From: an uncultured Actinomycetes bacterium
GTDB taxonomy: Bacteria; Actinomycetota; Actinomycetes; Nanopelagicales; Nanopelagicaceae
Assembly: GCA_903933585.1 (NCBI GenBank)
Contig: CAIZKO010000107.1
Span: 1-57,063, forward strand
Length of the DNA stretch: 57,063 nucleotides
Direction: 5' to 3'
The notes under the pieces were generated by a model. It searched no databases. It was not told where the DNA came from and saw only the letters and a program-made list of their open reading frames with translations. This document shows, piece by piece, positions 56,337 through 57,063 of this stretch (its first letter is position 1; each line of letters starts with the position of its first letter). The translations under genes and the position numbers were made by a program.

Positions 56337-56342
56337 TCTCGC

Positions 56343-56945
56343 ATGGCCGAATTGATCTATTACTGCGGAACGATGGATAGCGGTAAATCCACACTCGCAT
56401 TGCAAACCGCTCATAACCGCAAAAGTCGAGGACTGGAAGGGTTAATCCTTACCAATCGTGATCGTGGCGGCACGGGGGTAATCACTAGCCGATTGGGTTT
56501 GCAAGCAACGGCGTATGAGGTCAGTCCAGAATTCAATATCTTTGAGTACATCACTACCGAGAAAGCAAATGGCCGGAAGATCGAATATGTCATCTGCGAC
56601 GAGACTCAATTCTTTGAACGTGCACATATTGAGCAGTTGTCCAGAGTCGTCGACGAGATGGGTATTGATGTCTTTGCATTCGGGATTTTGACAGATTTCC
56701 GGACCAAATTGTTTCCTGGATCTGAGCGATTAATTGAATTAGCTGATCGCGTACTACCTCTACAAGTTGAAGCTCTCTGTTGGTGTGGAGCTCGAGCTAC
56801 TCACAATGCACGTGTAGCAAATGGAGTGATGGTCACCGAAGGTGATCAAATCTTGCCGGGGGATGTTGGAACTCCACAGACCATTGGGTATGAAGTGCTC
56901 TGTCGTAAGCATCACATGCAGAAGGTCAATTCAGCGCGTGCGTAA
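56343..56945 (+). CDS. tdk: thymidine kinase
   Basis: P-loop GTMDSGKST, ...ICDETQFF..., and the zinc-lasso cysteines CWCG...CRKH. Confidence 0.93.
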   Translation: MAELIYYCGTMDSGKSTLALQTAHNRKSRGLEGLILTNRDRGGTGVITSRLGLQATAYEVSPEFNIFEYITTEKANGRKIEYVICDETQFFERAHIEQLSRVVDEMGIDVFAFGILTDFRTKLFPGSERLIELADRVLPLQVEALCWCGARATHNARVANGVMVTEGDQILPGDVGTPQTIGYEVLCRKHHMQKVNSARA

Positions 56946-56951
56946 TAGGGT

Positions 56952-56998
56952 TGGCTGGATATATATCGCACTTGCTAACTCGATATTGATCCAAGCCA
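56952..56998 (+). terminator. long imperfect hairpin directly after the tdk stop (candidate I-shaped terminator, no U-tract)
   Basis: TGGCT-GGAT-(at)-ATATCG, loop cacttgctaact, then CGATAT-(tg)-ATCC-(a)-AGCCA. About 15 paired positions. Confidence 0.35.
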
Positions 56999-57063
56999 GT
57001 ACCTACCTCTCTCGTCCGATGATTACATATCGGCTCCTAGAATTACATGCGAATAACTTTTTA

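Noticed and set aside
56243-56342. Possible TPP (THI-box) riboswitch upstream of the NCS1 permease. The minus strand contains ATCTGGCAGCGATAAGGG and CTGGCTCAGGTT, vaguely like the THI-box core. There is also a perfect GGCCGA-tgt-TCGGCC hairpin at 56299..56313.
   Set aside because: The conserved CUGAGA element, the P5 hairpin (CUGG-loop-CCAG) and the GGGGUGC 5' element are missing, and 100 nt is too short once the divergent tdk promoter is accommodated. The small hairpin alone is not interpretable. An Infernal scan with RF00059 would settle it.
1-57063. Mobile elements, prophage remnants, CRISPR arrays, toxin-antitoxin pairs, tRNA/rRNA genes and classical defence-system genes (restriction enzymes, Cas, abortive-infection ATPases).
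   Set aside because: Every ORF over 80 aa outside shadow frames could be assigned to a housekeeping or envelope gene. No gap exceeds about 120 nt, so there is no room for RNA genes or repeat arrays. I saw no direct-repeat/spacer periodicity and no integrase or transposase motifs.

Overview
This 57-kb window looks like a chromosomal core segment of a streamlined, mid-GC Actinomycetota genome. I call 57 CDS. My tally of intergenic gaps is about 1.25 kb, so roughly 98% of the window is coding. By eye I found no rRNA, tRNA, CRISPR array, IS/transposase, integrase or phage genes.

Gene content, left to right:
- Envelope and respiratory-assembly genes: ctaG-like gene, membrane esterase, MprF-like aminoacyl-PG synthase, YVTN propeller, Tat-exported NodB deacetylase, PBP4, ctaB.
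- An ABC-2 exporter followed by a coiled-coil NlpC/P60 hydrolase.
- The conserved actinobacterial block tilS-hpt-ftsH-folE-folP-folB-folK-panC-nadB-nadC-coaX-lysS-(GNAT)-clpC. It is almost entirely translationally coupled.
- mutY, radA and a Cys-cluster protein on the minus strand.
- proC, then two secreted proteins of unknown function.
- A glutaredoxin-like gene.
- An XPB helicase module: large partner protein -> M20 peptidase -> XPB.
- HAD and histidine phosphatases.
- A cytochrome c biogenesis System II cluster (resA-ccdA-resB-ccsA).
- A near-complete menaquinone supercluster (menA, menE, menB, menC, menD, menF, menG and a polyprenyl synthase) with a solitary bioY embedded in it.
- rarD-yajQ-NCS1 permease, then tdk.

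I do not see a clear accessory or defence island. The best candidates for undescribed biology are:
1. The XPB module. Its 719-aa partner duplicates the XPB N-terminal module, ends in a WYL-like domain, and has an M20 peptidase gene wedged between it and XPB.
2. An about 794-aa secreted HExxH-FN3-repeat protein, placed tail-to-tail with a secreted propeller-like protein.
3. A Tat-deacetylase/YVTN/aaPG-synthase operon with a convergent, overlapping membrane esterase.
4. A Cys-cluster protein co-oriented with radA-mutY where disA is missing.

Two global patterns stand out. A TAGGCT/TANNNT hexamer recurs 6-8 nt upstream of many start codons, which suggests leaderless mRNAs. Several convergent gene pairs overlap at their 3' ends.

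All functional calls come from reading motifs in the supplied translations. No database search was run.
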